The notes under the pieces were generated by a model. The model made no database searches and was not told the DNA's origin. It was given only the letters and a program-made list of their open reading frames with translations. 64,000 nt of DNA from an uncultured Clostridia bacterium. Its GTDB lineage: Bacteria > Bacillota > Clostridia > Oscillospirales > Oscillospiraceae. This document shows, piece after piece, positions 9,043 to 18,906 of this stretch. A program made the position numbers and the translations under genes. The stretch covers positions 30,213-94,212 of the forward strand of contig CALFXG010000043.1 in assembly GCA_937957765.1 (NCBI GenBank), written 5' to 3'. Position 1 is the first letter of the stretch, and each line of letters begins with the position of its first letter.

Positions 9043-9084
9043 GAGCAGCGGCAGTTCCCATGCGAACTGCCGCTGTTTTTTACG
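9043..9084. terminator. bidirectional terminator
   Basis: Hairpin agcagcggcagttc/gaactgccgctgtt followed by TTTTT, between convergent genes. Confidence 0.6.
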
Positions 9085-9085
9085 G

Positions 9086-9289
9086 TCACTCCCCGTGGGT
9101 GAATACCCGGTCGCGGAACAGGAAGGAAATGCACCAAAGGCCCGCAAGTCCCACCACGGTATAGATGATCCTGCTGAGCAGCGACGAAGAGCCGCCGAAC
9201 AGCCAGGCCACCAGGTCGAATTGGAACAGCCCCACCAGGCCCCAGTTGGCGCAGCCGATGATGGACAAGATCAGTGTCAGTGTATCCAT
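9086..9289 (-). CDS. DUF378 family small membrane protein
   Basis: 67 aa, two TM helices, hallmark NWGLVGLFQFDLVAWLFG. Confidence 0.7.
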   Translation of the reverse strand: MDTLTLILSIIGCANWGLVGLFQFDLVAWLFGGSSSLLSRIIYTVVGLAGLWCISFLFRDRVFTHGE

Positions 9290-9398
9290 GTGTTAACCTC
9301 CATATTTTCTTTGTGGACTGTGGATAGCATACCCCTTTTTGAAAATAATACACCCGCCGCCGCTTTGACAAAATTTGCGAAATCAAAGGAGACAGATT

Positions 9399-10256
9399 AT
9401 GACAACCTTATACGAAGGCGCGTTTGCCAAGCTGAACCTGACCCTGGATGTGCTGGACAAGCGGCCGGACGGCTACCATGATATCAAGAGCATTATGCAG
9501 GCCATTTCCATCCGGGACGATGTGGAGATCGATATCGGCACCGGCCGCCCCTGGAGCCTGGAATGCACCGCCGAGGGCATTCCCACGGACGGGACCAACC
9601 TGGCCTGGAAGGCGGCGAAGGTCTACTGCCAGGCCATGAGCAAGGACCCGGGCGGCATCGCCATCCGCATTCACAAGCGTATCCCCTCCGGCGCGGGGCT
9701 GGGCGGCGGCAGCGCGGACGCGGCGGCGGTGCTGCGGGCGCTGAACCGGCACTATGGCGACCCGCTTTCCATCCTGGCCCTGGCGGAGCTGGGCGCGCAG
9801 GTGGGCAGCGACGTGCCCTTCTGCGTGCTGTGCGGCACGGCCATGGCCGAGGGCAGGGGAGAGCGGCTGCGCAAGCTGCCGGACATGCCGGACTGCGTGT
9901 TCGTGGTCTGCAAGCCGGATTTCTCCGTGTCCACCCCGGAGCTTTATCATAAAATCGATTCCGTGGCCATTCCCAAGCGCCCGGACCATATGGCCATGGA
10001 AAGCGCCCTGCTGGCCGGTGACATCGGCAAGATCGCCGACCTGATCTATAATGTCTTTGACCCGGTGGTCACGGCGGAGCACCTGGAAATGAACTACATC
10101 AAATCCATCTGCAACAGCTACGGCGCATTGGGCATGCAGATGACCGGGTCCGGCTCCGCCATCTATGCCATCATGCCCAGCTTTGAGTATGCCGCCGTGG
10201 TGTGCAACATGCTCAAGGACAATTATCCCAATGTCTTTATCGCAAAGCCCATTTGA
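9399..10256 (+). CDS. ispE: 4-diphosphocytidyl-2-C-methyl-D-erythritol kinase
   Basis: GHMP kinase motifs (KLNLTLDV; PSGAGLGGGSADAAAV); start chosen at the ATG after RBS aaaggag. Confidence 0.85.
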   Translation: MTTLYEGAFAKLNLTLDVLDKRPDGYHDIKSIMQAISIRDDVEIDIGTGRPWSLECTAEGIPTDGTNLAWKAAKVYCQAMSKDPGGIAIRIHKRIPSGAGLGGGSADAAAVLRALNRHYGDPLSILALAELGAQVGSDVPFCVLCGTAMAEGRGERLRKLPDMPDCVFVVCKPDFSVSTPELYHKIDSVAIPKRPDHMAMESALLAGDIGKIADLIYNVFDPVVTAEHLEMNYIKSICNSYGALGMQMTGSGSAIYAIMPSFEYAAVVCNMLKDNYPNVFIAKPI

Positions 10257-10262
10257 TATGAA

Positions 10263-10298
10263 AAAATCCGCCCATCCGGGCGGATTTTTTGCGGAAGC
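10263..10298 (+). terminator. rho-independent terminator after ispE
   Basis: atccgccc-atcc-gggcggat hairpin followed by TTTTTT. Confidence 0.6.
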
Positions 10299-10366
10299 AT
10301 GGGAAATGCATCTGTCAATGAAGCGCGATTTATGATATACTTAGCCCCATAAGGAAAGGAGGCGGT

Positions 10367-13300
10367 ATGATGCTGCATCTTTTGATTGGAACGGACTGGA
10401 CGGCCAACCGTCATGAGGTATTGACGCGGCTGGCCGGGGACGTGGCCCGGCGGCAGCCGAACCGCATTCTCATGGTGCCGGAGCTGATCAGCCACGAGAC
10501 GGAGCGGGCTCTCTGCGCGGCGGCGGGGGATACGGCCAGCCGCTATGCGGAGGTGCTGTCCTTTACCCGCCTGGCCCGCCGGGCGGCGGAGCAGGCGGGC
10601 AGCGGCGCAATGGAATGCCTGGATAACGGCGGCCGGGTGGTGGCCATGGCGGCGGCGGCGCGGCAGCTGGCCAGCAGGCTGAAGGCCTATGCCGCCGTGG
10701 AGACCAAGCCGGAATTTCTGACGGAGCTGATCGACGCGGTGGATGAATTCAAGCGCTGCTGCATCAGCGCCGAGGACCTGAAAAAAGCCGCCGCCCAGAC
10801 CGAGGGCAGCCTTGCCCAGAAGCTGGAGGAGCTTTCCCTGCTGATGGAGGGCTACGACGGCCTGTGCAGCCGGGGCAAGCGGGACCCCCGGGATCAGATG
10901 ACCTGGCTGCTGGAGCAGCTGGAGGACGGGGACTACGCCCGGCAGCATGTATTTTACATCGACGGCTTCCCGGACTTTACCCGGCAGCACATGGCGATTT
11001 TGGAGCACCTGATCCAGTTCAGCCCCAGCGTCACCGTCAGCCTGAACTGCGACGGCATCGGCTCCCACCAGCTGGCCTTTGAAAAAGCGGGGCAGACGGC
11101 CTCGGAGCTTCACCGGGCCGCCCAGCGGCTCCATGTGCCGGTACAGGTGGAGCCGATCCCGCCCCGGCAGGATAAAATGGAGATCATGCGCCAGCGGCTG
11201 TTTCAGGGGCCGATCCCCGGAGGCGCGGCGAGGGAGTACCTGCATGTTTACCGGGCGGATACCCCCTGGGCCGAGGTGATGGGGGCGGCACACCGGGTCC
11301 GCGCCCTGGTGCGCGGCGGCTGCCGTTACCGGGATATCACCCTGGTGTGCACCGACATGGCCCAGTACCAGCCTCTGGTGAATCTGGTGTTTTCCAGAAT
11401 GCACATCCCCATCTACCAGTCCGGCACCGAGGATATCCTGCAAAAGAGCATGATCGCCACGGTGCTTACCGCCCTGGACGCGGCCCTGGGCGACTATGAC
11501 CAGCGCAGTGTGTTCCGCTACCTCCGCTCGGCCCTGTCCGGCGTGGATTCGGATACCTGCGATTTGATCGAGAACTACGCATTCCTCTGGGACATCCGGG
11601 GGAGCCGCTGGCTCCAGACCTGGGAGAACCACCCGGACGGCCTGGGGACGGAATGGACGATTGACGCCCGGCAGCGCCTGGAGGCGCTGAATGCGCACCG
11701 GCAGCAGCTGACCGCACCCCTGGAGCGTTTGCGCCAGGGCTTCCGCGGGGCGTCCTGCCTGGGGCAGCAGGTACAGGCGCTGTACGATTTCCTGGAGGCC
11801 GTAGACATGGAGCAGCGTCTGGATCAGCTGGCCCGGGCGCTGGACGAGCAGGGCGACGGCCGGGATGCGCAGATATTGAACCAACTGTGGGAGATCCTCC
11901 TGTCCGCTCTGGAGCAGATGTATGATGTGCTGGGCCAGACCCATTGGGAGCCGGAGCACTTTGTCCGTCTGCTGCGGCTGCTGCTGAGCCAGTACGATGT
12001 GGGAACCATCCCGCCGGTGCTGGATGTGGTGCAGCTGGGGCCCGTTTCCGCCATGCGCTGCCACAGCGCGGCACACCTGATCCTGCTGGGCGCCCAGGAG
12101 GGAAATCTGCCCGCCTATTCCGGCGCAGCGGGGGTGCTGACGGACCAGGAGCGGGTCACCCTGCGCCGGCTGGGCGTACCCCTCACCGGCGGGGCCATGG
12201 AGGGCGTCCAGGCAGAATTCGCGGAGATCTACGGCGTGTTCTGCGGGGCACGGCAGTCGGCGGAGGTGTATTCCTCCGGCAAGCAGCCTTCTTTTGTCTA
12301 CCGCCGCCTGGCGGAGCTTTCCGGGGCGGAGGAATTTGTGACGGATGCCCTTGGCTTTGCCGATGCGGATGCGCTGGAGGCCGGGGCGTTCCTGGCCGCC
12401 TGGGAGCGGGAGGAAAGCGCCCGGGCGCTGGGGATATTGCGGGATTATGAGCAGGTGCGCCGCCGGGCGGACTTCCAGTTGGGGGCCGTCAGCCCCGCCA
12501 ATATCCGCAGGCTCTACGGCGATAGCCTGGCGCTGTCTGCCTCTCAGGTGGACAGGCAGGCGGAGTGCCGCCTGTCCTATTTCCTCAATTACGGCCTGCG
12601 GGCCAAGGAGCGCAGAGAGGCGGCGGTGGACCCGGCGGAGTTCGGCACTTATGTCCACGCCGTGCTGGAAAACACCGCCCGCGCCGTCCGGGAGCAGGGC
12701 GGCTTCCACCGAGTGAGCCTGGAGGAGACCCTGGAGCTTGCCCATGCATATTCCAGGGAGTACGCCGACCAGCGGTTCGGCCAGCTCCAGTCCCAGCGCA
12801 TGGAATACCTGTTCCGCCGCAACTTAGCGGAGCTGGACATGGTGGTGCAGGAGCTTTGGCAGGAGCTGCGGGAGTCGGATTTCCAGCCGGAGGATTTTGA
12901 AGTCGCCTTTGGCTCCGGCGAAGAAGATTCCCTCCCCCCGATTTCCATCCCCAACGGAAAAATGAATGCCATCCTCCGGGGCTTTGTGGACCGGGTGGAC
13001 GTGTGGCAAAGCCCCGGCAGCCGCTATTACCGGGTGGTGGACTACAAGACCGGCAAAAAGGATTTTGATTACTGCGACGTGTTCAACGGCGTGGGGCTGC
13101 AAATGCTGCTGTACCTGTTCGCCTTGGAAGAAAGCGGCGGGAAGCTCCTGGGGGAGCGCCCCATCCCCGCCGGGGTGCAGTATTTCCCCGCCCGGGTCCC
13201 CTACATTCTTACTGAGGGCCTGCCGTCCGAGCAGGAGATCGCCGACAAGCGGCAGAAGGAATGGAGGCGGCAGGGCCTGCTGCTGGGCGACCGTGCCGTG

Positions 13301-13630
13301 CTGGATGCCATGGAGCCGGGGGAGCAGAAAAAGCGCCTGCCCGTCAGGGAAAAGGACGGCGAGCTTACTGGCGATCTGGCCGACCGGGAGCAGCTGCGCC
13401 TGCTGGAAAAATTTGTGTTTCGCGTCCTGGGCGGCCTGGTGGAGCAGATCGCCTCCGGCAATGTGGAGCCGAATCCCTATACCCGCGGTAGCAGCCACGA
13501 CGCCTGCCGGTTCTGCCCCTATGGCGCGGTGTGCCACAGCGAGAGCGTGGCGGGCCGGCGGAATTATAAAACCATGACCGCCCAGCAGTTCTGGCAGCGG
13601 GTGGGGGAGGAGATGGAAAAGCATGGCTGA
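10367..13630 (+). CDS. addB: ATP-dependent helicase/deoxyribonuclease subunit B
   Basis: 1087 aa; C-terminal RecB-family nuclease with Fe-S cysteines (CRFCPYGAVCHS); overlaps addA; N-terminal Walker A degenerate (GTDWTANR). Confidence 0.8.
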   Translation: MMLHLLIGTDWTANRHEVLTRLAGDVARRQPNRILMVPELISHETERALCAAAGDTASRYAEVLSFTRLARRAAEQAGSGAMECLDNGGRVVAMAAAARQLASRLKAYAAVETKPEFLTELIDAVDEFKRCCISAEDLKKAAAQTEGSLAQKLEELSLLMEGYDGLCSRGKRDPRDQMTWLLEQLEDGDYARQHVFYIDGFPDFTRQHMAILEHLIQFSPSVTVSLNCDGIGSHQLAFEKAGQTASELHRAAQRLHVPVQVEPIPPRQDKMEIMRQRLFQGPIPGGAAREYLHVYRADTPWAEVMGAAHRVRALVRGGCRYRDITLVCTDMAQYQPLVNLVFSRMHIPIYQSGTEDILQKSMIATVLTALDAALGDYDQRSVFRYLRSALSGVDSDTCDLIENYAFLWDIRGSRWLQTWENHPDGLGTEWTIDARQRLEALNAHRQQLTAPLERLRQGFRGASCLGQQVQALYDFLEAVDMEQRLDQLARALDEQGDGRDAQILNQLWEILLSALEQMYDVLGQTHWEPEHFVRLLRLLLSQYDVGTIPPVLDVVQLGPVSAMRCHSAAHLILLGAQEGNLPAYSGAAGVLTDQERVTLRRLGVPLTGGAMEGVQAEFAEIYGVFCGARQSAEVYSSGKQPSFVYRRLAELSGAEEFVTDALGFADADALEAGAFLAAWEREESARALGILRDYEQVRRRADFQLGAVSPANIRRLYGDSLALSASQVDRQAECRLSYFLNYGLRAKERREAAVDPAEFGTYVHAVLENTARAVREQGGFHRVSLEETLELAHAYSREYADQRFGQLQSQRMEYLFRRNLAELDMVVQELWQELRESDFQPEDFEVAFGSGEEDSLPPISIPNGKMNAILRGFVDRVDVWQSPGSRYYRVVDYKTGKKDFDYCDVFNGVGLQMLLYLFALEESGGKLLGERPIPAGVQYFPARVPYILTEGLPSEQEIADKRQKEWRRQGLLLGDRAVLDAMEPGEQKKRLPVREKDGELTGDLADREQLRLLEKFVFRVLGGLVEQIASGNVEPNPYTRGSSHDACRFCPYGAVCHSESVAGRRNYKTMTAQQFWQRVGEEMEKHG

Positions 13631-16600
13631 GCAGCTGACACAGCAGCAGAGCATGGCGGTGCACGACCGGGGCGGCAAGCTTCTGGTCAGCGCCGCCGCG
13701 GGGTCCGGCAAGACCCGCGTTCTGGTGGAGCGCCTGCTGGACTATCTGACCGACCCGGCGGACCCTGCTGATCTGGATGAGTTTCTGATCATCACCTATA
13801 CCAAGGCCGCCGCCATGGAGCTGCGGGGCAAGATCGCCGGCCGGCTCACGGAGCGCATCGCCCGAGAGCCGGAGAACAAGCACCTCCAGCAGCAGCTCCA
13901 GCGCCTGTTCCTCACCCAGATCTCCACGGTCCATGGCTTCTGCTCCGCTGTTTTGAAGGAGTATGCCTACCGGGTGGACCTGTCCCCGGATTTCCGGGTG
14001 GCGGACGAGACGGAATGCGCCGATCTGCGCACGGCGGTGCTGAAGGATCTGATGGACCGGGCCTATGTGGACGGGGAAGAGACGGCGAACTTCCGGGACT
14101 TTGTGGATTCCCAGGGCGTCGGGCGCAGCGACAGCGCCATCCCCGCCATCGTTGAAAAGGTGTATGACGCTGCCCGCTGCCACCTGGATCCCCAGCGCTG
14201 GCTGGACAGCTGCCTGAGCCATGTGGAGCTGGAGGGCGTGACGGATGCTGCTCAGTCCATCTGGGGCAAATATCTGATGGAGCAGCTGTTTTCCTGGCTG
14301 GATTTGCAGATCGACGCCCTGCGCCTGTGCCAGACCCGGCTGGAGCAAGGCGGCGGGGCGGAAAAGCCCGCCGCCAATATCGCCCAACTGGTGCAGCAGC
14401 TGGAGTTCCTCCGCGCCAGTGCCACCTGGGATGAAGTATATACCCGCAAGGATGTGTCCTTCGGCACCCTGCGCTTTTCGGGTAAGACCTATGACCCCGC
14501 TCTGGCCGACCAGGTGAAGGCCGTGCGGGAGGCCTGCAAGAAGGGCCTGGAGCAGCGCACCCGCTGGTTTGCCAATGATTCTGCCCAGGTTTTGGCGGAC
14601 CTGCGGGCCTCAGCCGGGGCTGCCCGGGGCATCATCTGCCTGGTGCGGCAGTTTGAGGCGGATTTTTCCCGGCTCAAGCGGGCTCGCCGCATCCTGGATT
14701 TCAGCGACCTGGAGCACAGCACCCTGGATCTGCTCCTGGGGAAAAGCCGCACGGGGCTCACCGCCGCCGCACGGGAGCTGGGCGGGCGATACCGGGAGGT
14801 CATGGTGGACGAGTACCAGGATTCCAATGCCGTCCAGGATGCGATTTTTTCCGCTCTGACCCAGCAGAAGCAAAACTGCTTCATGGTGGGCGACGTGAAG
14901 CAGTCCATTTACCGCTTCCGTTTGGCCGACCCTCAGATTTTCCTGGAAAAATACGGCTCCTATGCCCCGGCAGAGGACGCCCGGCCCGGCCAGGGCCGGA
15001 AGATCCTGCTCAGCAGCAATTTCCGCTCCGGCGGTGAGGTGATCTCTGGCATCAATGATGTGTTTGCTGCCTGCATGAGCGTCCGGGTGGGCGGCCTGAC
15101 CTATGGCCCGGAAGAAGCCCTGCGGGAGGGCGCGCCTCACACTCCCTTGGGCGAGGCAGCCACGGAGCTGTACGTCCTTGAGGTCACGGACGGGGATGCC
15201 TATGACAAGGAGGCCGCCTTCACGGCGGGGAAAATCCGGGAAATGCTGGCCTCCGGCGCCACTGTGCGCCAGGAGGATACCCTCCGCTCGGTGACGCCGG
15301 AGGACATCGTGATCCTGCTCCGCTCCCCCGGCACCATGGCCGATGCCTTCCGGGCGGCGCTGGAGGCCGAGGGCATCCGCTGCGCTCTGGACGGCGGCGC
15401 AAATCTGCTGGAAACCCCGGAGGTCAGTACCCTGATCGCCCTGCTGCAGGTCGTGGCCAATCCAAGACAGGATATTCCCCTGCTGGCGGTGCTGGCAAGC
15501 CCGGTATTCGGCTTTACGGCGGATGACCTGGCCGCCTTCCGGGCCGCCTGCAAGAAGGGCACCGTTTACGACGCCCTGTGCCGCAGCACCGGCGAAAAGG
15601 CGGCGTATTTTCTGGAGACCCTGGCCGTCCTGCGAAGAAAAGCCCGCCTGGAGCCCCTGACCCAGCTGCTGCAAGCCTGCCTCGGCCTGACCCGGCTGGA
15701 CAGCATCTATGGAGCCATGCCCGGCGGCAAGGCGAGGAAAGAGAATCTTCAGCTCTTTTTCCAGCTGGCCGTGGATTATGAAAAAAGCAGCCTGCGTACG
15801 CTCAGCCAGTTCTTGGAGCATTTGCAGACCCTGGGCGGCAGTCAGGTGGCGGCTTCCGGCAGCAGTGCTGGGTGCGTGACCATCATGAGCATCCATAAGT
15901 CCAAGGGCCTGGAATTCCCGGTGGTATTCCTGTGCGGCCTGTCCCACCGCTTCAACCCCAGCGACCGGCAGGAGCAGGTGCTCTGCGACAAGGACCTGGG
16001 CCTGGGCCTGGCGGTGGCGGACAATGTTCACCGCCTGCGTTACAGCGCCATTTCCAAGCAGGCCATCGCCGCCTCCATCAAGGCTGAGAGCGTCAGCGAG
16101 GAAATGCGCATCCTCTACGTGGCCATGACCCGGGCCAAGGATCGCCTGGTGATGACCTGCACTCTGAAAAACCCCGAAAAGAAGCTGACACAGCTGGCCA
16201 ACCGCCTGATCCCCGGCGGTCAGACCCTGGTGAATATGGAAGCGGACTGCCACGCCGACTGGGTCCTGGCCGCCGCCATCCAGCGGGTGGAGGCGGGGGA
16301 GCTCCATGCCCTGGCGGGCCGCCCGGAGCGGCTGCTTACCGACAGCTGCCCCTGGAAGATCCGCCTGATTGAGACCGCCCCCGTGGCCGCTCCCACCGAT
16401 GCGCCGGTCCAGGAGCGGCAGCCCTTCCCGGAGGGAGCCGTGGACGCCCTGCGCGCCGGGCTGTCCTTCCGCTATGCCCACGAGGCGGCCACCCGCGCAC
16501 CCTCCAAGCAGACGGCCACCGGCCGCAAGGGGCGGGAGCTGGACGAGGAGGTGCAGGAGGATACTCAGCCCCGTCGGGAGGCACCCGCCTGGCGCAAGCC

Positions 16601-17129
16601 CAGCTTCCGTCAGCCCGCCGGGCTTCCTGTAGCCCGCGGCAGCGCCGTCCACAGCGCCATGCAGTTCATCTGTTACAACGCCTGTGCCGACGAGGCAGGT
16701 GTGCGCCGGGAGCTCGCCCGGCTGACCCAGGCGGGCCTGCTGACCCCTGACCAGGCGGCTATGGTCAGCCCGGCCCAGCTGGCGGCCTTCTTTGCCACCC
16801 CCATCGGCCGTAAGCTGGCAGAGGGGGCCGAGCACATCCGGGAGTTCAAATTTTCCATTCTGGACGACGGCGGGAAGTACGGCCAGGGGCTGGAGGGGGA
16901 GCAGGTACTGCTGCAAGGCGTGGTGGACTGCGCCCTGCTGGAGCGGGACGGCATCACCGTCCTGGATTTCAAGACCGACCGGGTGACGGAGCAGACCCTT
17001 CCCCAGACCGCCGCCCGCTACCGGCTCCAGCTGGAAACCTATGCCGAAGCCCTCACCCGCATCTTCCAGCAGCCCATCAAGGGGAAATACCTCTATTTCT
17101 TCCATCTGAACCAATTCTACCGGCTCTAG
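13623..17129 (+). CDS. addA: ATP-dependent helicase/nuclease subunit A (UvrD-like)
   Basis: Walker A AAAGSGKT; UvrD/PcrA helicase motifs; C-terminal nuclease domain; 1168 aa. Confidence 0.85.
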   Translation: MAEQLTQQQSMAVHDRGGKLLVSAAAGSGKTRVLVERLLDYLTDPADPADLDEFLIITYTKAAAMELRGKIAGRLTERIAREPENKHLQQQLQRLFLTQISTVHGFCSAVLKEYAYRVDLSPDFRVADETECADLRTAVLKDLMDRAYVDGEETANFRDFVDSQGVGRSDSAIPAIVEKVYDAARCHLDPQRWLDSCLSHVELEGVTDAAQSIWGKYLMEQLFSWLDLQIDALRLCQTRLEQGGGAEKPAANIAQLVQQLEFLRASATWDEVYTRKDVSFGTLRFSGKTYDPALADQVKAVREACKKGLEQRTRWFANDSAQVLADLRASAGAARGIICLVRQFEADFSRLKRARRILDFSDLEHSTLDLLLGKSRTGLTAAARELGGRYREVMVDEYQDSNAVQDAIFSALTQQKQNCFMVGDVKQSIYRFRLADPQIFLEKYGSYAPAEDARPGQGRKILLSSNFRSGGEVISGINDVFAACMSVRVGGLTYGPEEALREGAPHTPLGEAATELYVLEVTDGDAYDKEAAFTAGKIREMLASGATVRQEDTLRSVTPEDIVILLRSPGTMADAFRAALEAEGIRCALDGGANLLETPEVSTLIALLQVVANPRQDIPLLAVLASPVFGFTADDLAAFRAACKKGTVYDALCRSTGEKAAYFLETLAVLRRKARLEPLTQLLQACLGLTRLDSIYGAMPGGKARKENLQLFFQLAVDYEKSSLRTLSQFLEHLQTLGGSQVAASGSSAGCVTIMSIHKSKGLEFPVVFLCGLSHRFNPSDRQEQVLCDKDLGLGLAVADNVHRLRYSAISKQAIAASIKAESVSEEMRILYVAMTRAKDRLVMTCTLKNPEKKLTQLANRLIPGGQTLVNMEADCHADWVLAAAIQRVEAGELHALAGRPERLLTDSCPWKIRLIETAPVAAPTDAPVQERQPFPEGAVDALRAGLSFRYAHEAATRAPSKQTATGRKGRELDEEVQEDTQPRREAPAWRKPSFRQPAGLPVARGSAVHSAMQFICYNACADEAGVRRELARLTQAGLLTPDQAAMVSPAQLAAFFATPIGRKLAEGAEHIREFKFSILDDGGKYGQGLEGEQVLLQGVVDCALLERDGITVLDFKTDRVTEQTLPQTAARYRLQLETYAEALTRIFQQPIKGKYLYFFHLNQFYRL

Positions 17130-17136
17130 CCAAGAA

Positions 17137-17195
17137 AAACCAAGGCGAATCCGTACGGCCCCCAATGGGGCATGGTGCGAATTCGCCTTGGCCTT
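17137..17195. terminator. structured hairpin between convergent addA and spoVA genes
   Basis: ccaaggcgaat...attcgccttgg inverted repeat with an inner GC stem. Confidence 0.4.
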
Positions 17196-17267
17196 TATCA
17201 AAGCATAACTGCCTGCGACAAACCCTTCAGCCCATCTTGCGGGCTGTCAGCGTTTTGCTCAGGGGAT

Positions 17268-17372
17268 TTACCGGCACTGCTTTTCTTCCTGGTTCTGGGT
17301 CTTGTTCTGGTTCTGATTCTGGTTCTGGTTCTGGGACTGATTCTGGCTCTGGTTCTGATTCTTGTTGCTCAT
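17268..17372 (-). CDS. Q/N-rich micro-protein (34 aa, MSNKNQNQSQNQSQNQNQNQNQNKTQNQEEKQCR), hypothetical
   Basis: ATG at 17372 (minus) preceded by AGGAGGA with 7-nt spacing; imperfect hexanucleotide repeat coding N-Q; sits just downstream of spoVAE. Confidence 0.35.
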   Translation of the reverse strand: MSNKNQNQSQNQSQNQNQNQNQNKTQNQEEKQCR

Positions 17373-17429
17373 ATCTGTATCCTCCTAATATTGGTTGCGG
17401 CTTCCCGCGGTGATAGAATGCCCCGAATT

Positions 17430-17786
17430 TTAGGATTTATCCTTTGGCTTGAAAAGAATTCCGGCGAGTAATCCGAAAAAGATCGCTGCTGTGATGCCGC
17501 CTGCCGTGGCCTTCAGCCCGCCGGTGAGGATGCCCAGCGGCCCTTTTTCGTTGACGGCCTCCTTGACCCCCTTGGCAAGCGTTGCGCCAAAGCCCGTCAG
17601 GGGCACGGATGCCCCGGCCCCCGCGAAATCGATCAGCGGCTGATACAGCCCCACCGCACCCAGGATCACCCCGGCCACCACATAGCCCACCAGAATGCGG
17701 GCGGGGGTCAGGGTGGTCTTGTCAATAAGGATTTGACCGATGAGACAGAAAAGTCCGCCGATGACAAATGCCTTTAAATAATCCAT
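17430..17786 (-). CDS. spoVAE: stage V sporulation protein AE (SpoVAEb-type)
   Basis: 118-aa membrane protein with the typical SpoVAE glycine-rich sequence. Confidence 0.75.
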   Translation of the reverse strand: MDYLKAFVIGGLFCLIGQILIDKTTLTPARILVGYVVAGVILGAVGLYQPLIDFAGAGASVPLTGFGATLAKGVKEAVNEKGPLGILTGGLKATAGGITAAIFFGLLAGILFKPKDKS

Positions 17787-18806
17787 TCAGTCCAAGCCTC
17801 CTTCGATGGCGACGGCGTGACAGACCCCCGGAATGGGCAGCCCCTGCTGGGTGGAGGTAGGGGAGAGCAGCGCGCCGGTGCCGCAGAACAGGACCTTTTT
17901 CAGCTTGCCCGTTTCCAGCTGCCCCAGCAGATGTCCGCACAGGGTGATGGCGCTGCACCCGCAGCCGGAGCCGCCGGAATGCACGTCCTGCTTTGTGTTG
18001 TCGAACACCATGGTGCCGCAATCCGTCAGGATTCCCCCCAGCTCCAGCCCGTCCCGGGCGGCCAGCTCCAGCAGCAGGTCCTTGCCCAGCTGGCCCAGGT
18101 CGCCGGTGACGATCAGGTCATAATCTTTGGGCGTCAAATTCATGTCCTCCAGGTGGGCCTTGATGGTGGAATAAGCGGCGGGGGCCATGGCCGCCCCCAT
18201 ATTTCCGGCGTCCTTCACTCCCAGGTCCCGCACGGTGCCCACCGTGGCGCAGGTCAGCCGGGGACCTTTCCCTGCGCCGCAGACCAGCGCGGAGCCGGAG
18301 CCGGTGACCGTCCACTGGGCTGTGGGCGTCCGCTGCCCGCCGTAGCCCAGGGGGAAGCGGTACTGCCGCTCCGAGGACGCAAAGTGGGACGAGGTCATGG
18401 CGGCCACCCGGTCGGCATAGCCGCCGTCCACCGTCAGCCCCGCCAGCAGCAGGCTCTCTGCCATGGTGGAGCAGGCACCGTACAGCCCCAGATGGGGAAT
18501 GTTCATATTGCGCAGAGAGAAGGACGAGCCGATGCACTGGTTCAGCAGGTCCCCGGAATAGACCAGGTCGATCTCCCACATGTGTACCCCCGCCTTCTCC
18601 GCCAGGGTTTTCAGGCAAAGCTCCTGCATTTTCTTTTCCGCCTGCTCCCAGGTTTTCTGCCCCAGCAGAGTGTCGGAAAAGGTTTTGTCAAAGCTGCCCG
18701 CCAGCGGCCCCTGCGCCTCCTTTTTCCCCGCGACGCTGGCCCAGGCGGCGATCACCGGCCTGCTGCTGAAGGAAAAGCTGCATTTGCCCCGCTTATTCTT
18801 TGCCAT
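17787..18806 (-). CDS. spoVAD: stage V sporulation protein AD
   Basis: 339 aa with a thiolase-like fold and the conserved SGGSGCGCS motif. Confidence 0.8.
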   Translation of the reverse strand: MAKNKRGKCSFSFSSRPVIAAWASVAGKKEAQGPLAGSFDKTFSDTLLGQKTWEQAEKKMQELCLKTLAEKAGVHMWEIDLVYSGDLLNQCIGSSFSLRNMNIPHLGLYGACSTMAESLLLAGLTVDGGYADRVAAMTSSHFASSERQYRFPLGYGGQRTPTAQWTVTGSGSALVCGAGKGPRLTCATVGTVRDLGVKDAGNMGAAMAPAAYSTIKAHLEDMNLTPKDYDLIVTGDLGQLGKDLLLELAARDGLELGGILTDCGTMVFDNTKQDVHSGGSGCGCSAITLCGHLLGQLETGKLKKVLFCGTGALLSPTSTQQGLPIPGVCHAVAIEGGLD

Positions 18807-18906
18807 ATGGCAACACTCCTTTTTGGCCCCATAAAATTACTTGCCATTATGCCCGCCCGGGCGCAAAAAAATACCCGACCGTCAAGGCCGGGTAAAAAAT
18901 TCGGTT

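Noticed and set aside
10223-17201. 840-aa and 863-aa minus-strand ORFs (10223..12745, 14610..17201) and several 60-200-aa ORFs overlapping addB/addA
   Set aside because: They are antisense to addAB, which has clear helicase and nuclease motifs. Their compositions are Gly/Arg/Ala/Pro-biased, consistent with high-GC artefact ORFs.
17281-17370. Possible CRISPR-like or tandem repeat array (ggttct/gattct periodicity)
   Set aside because: It is a 6-nt imperfect microsatellite with no spacers or 25-40-bp repeat units, and no cas genes are present. No CRISPR array was seen anywhere in the window.
17172-17471. + strand 99-aa ORF with an LVLVLILVLVLG repeat
   Set aside because: It is the antisense reading of the (AAC/CAG)n hexanucleotide array. 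It has no RBS, whereas the minus-strand Q/N micro-ORF has AGGAGGA at ideal spacing. A hydrophobic LV-repeat peptide is also less plausible.
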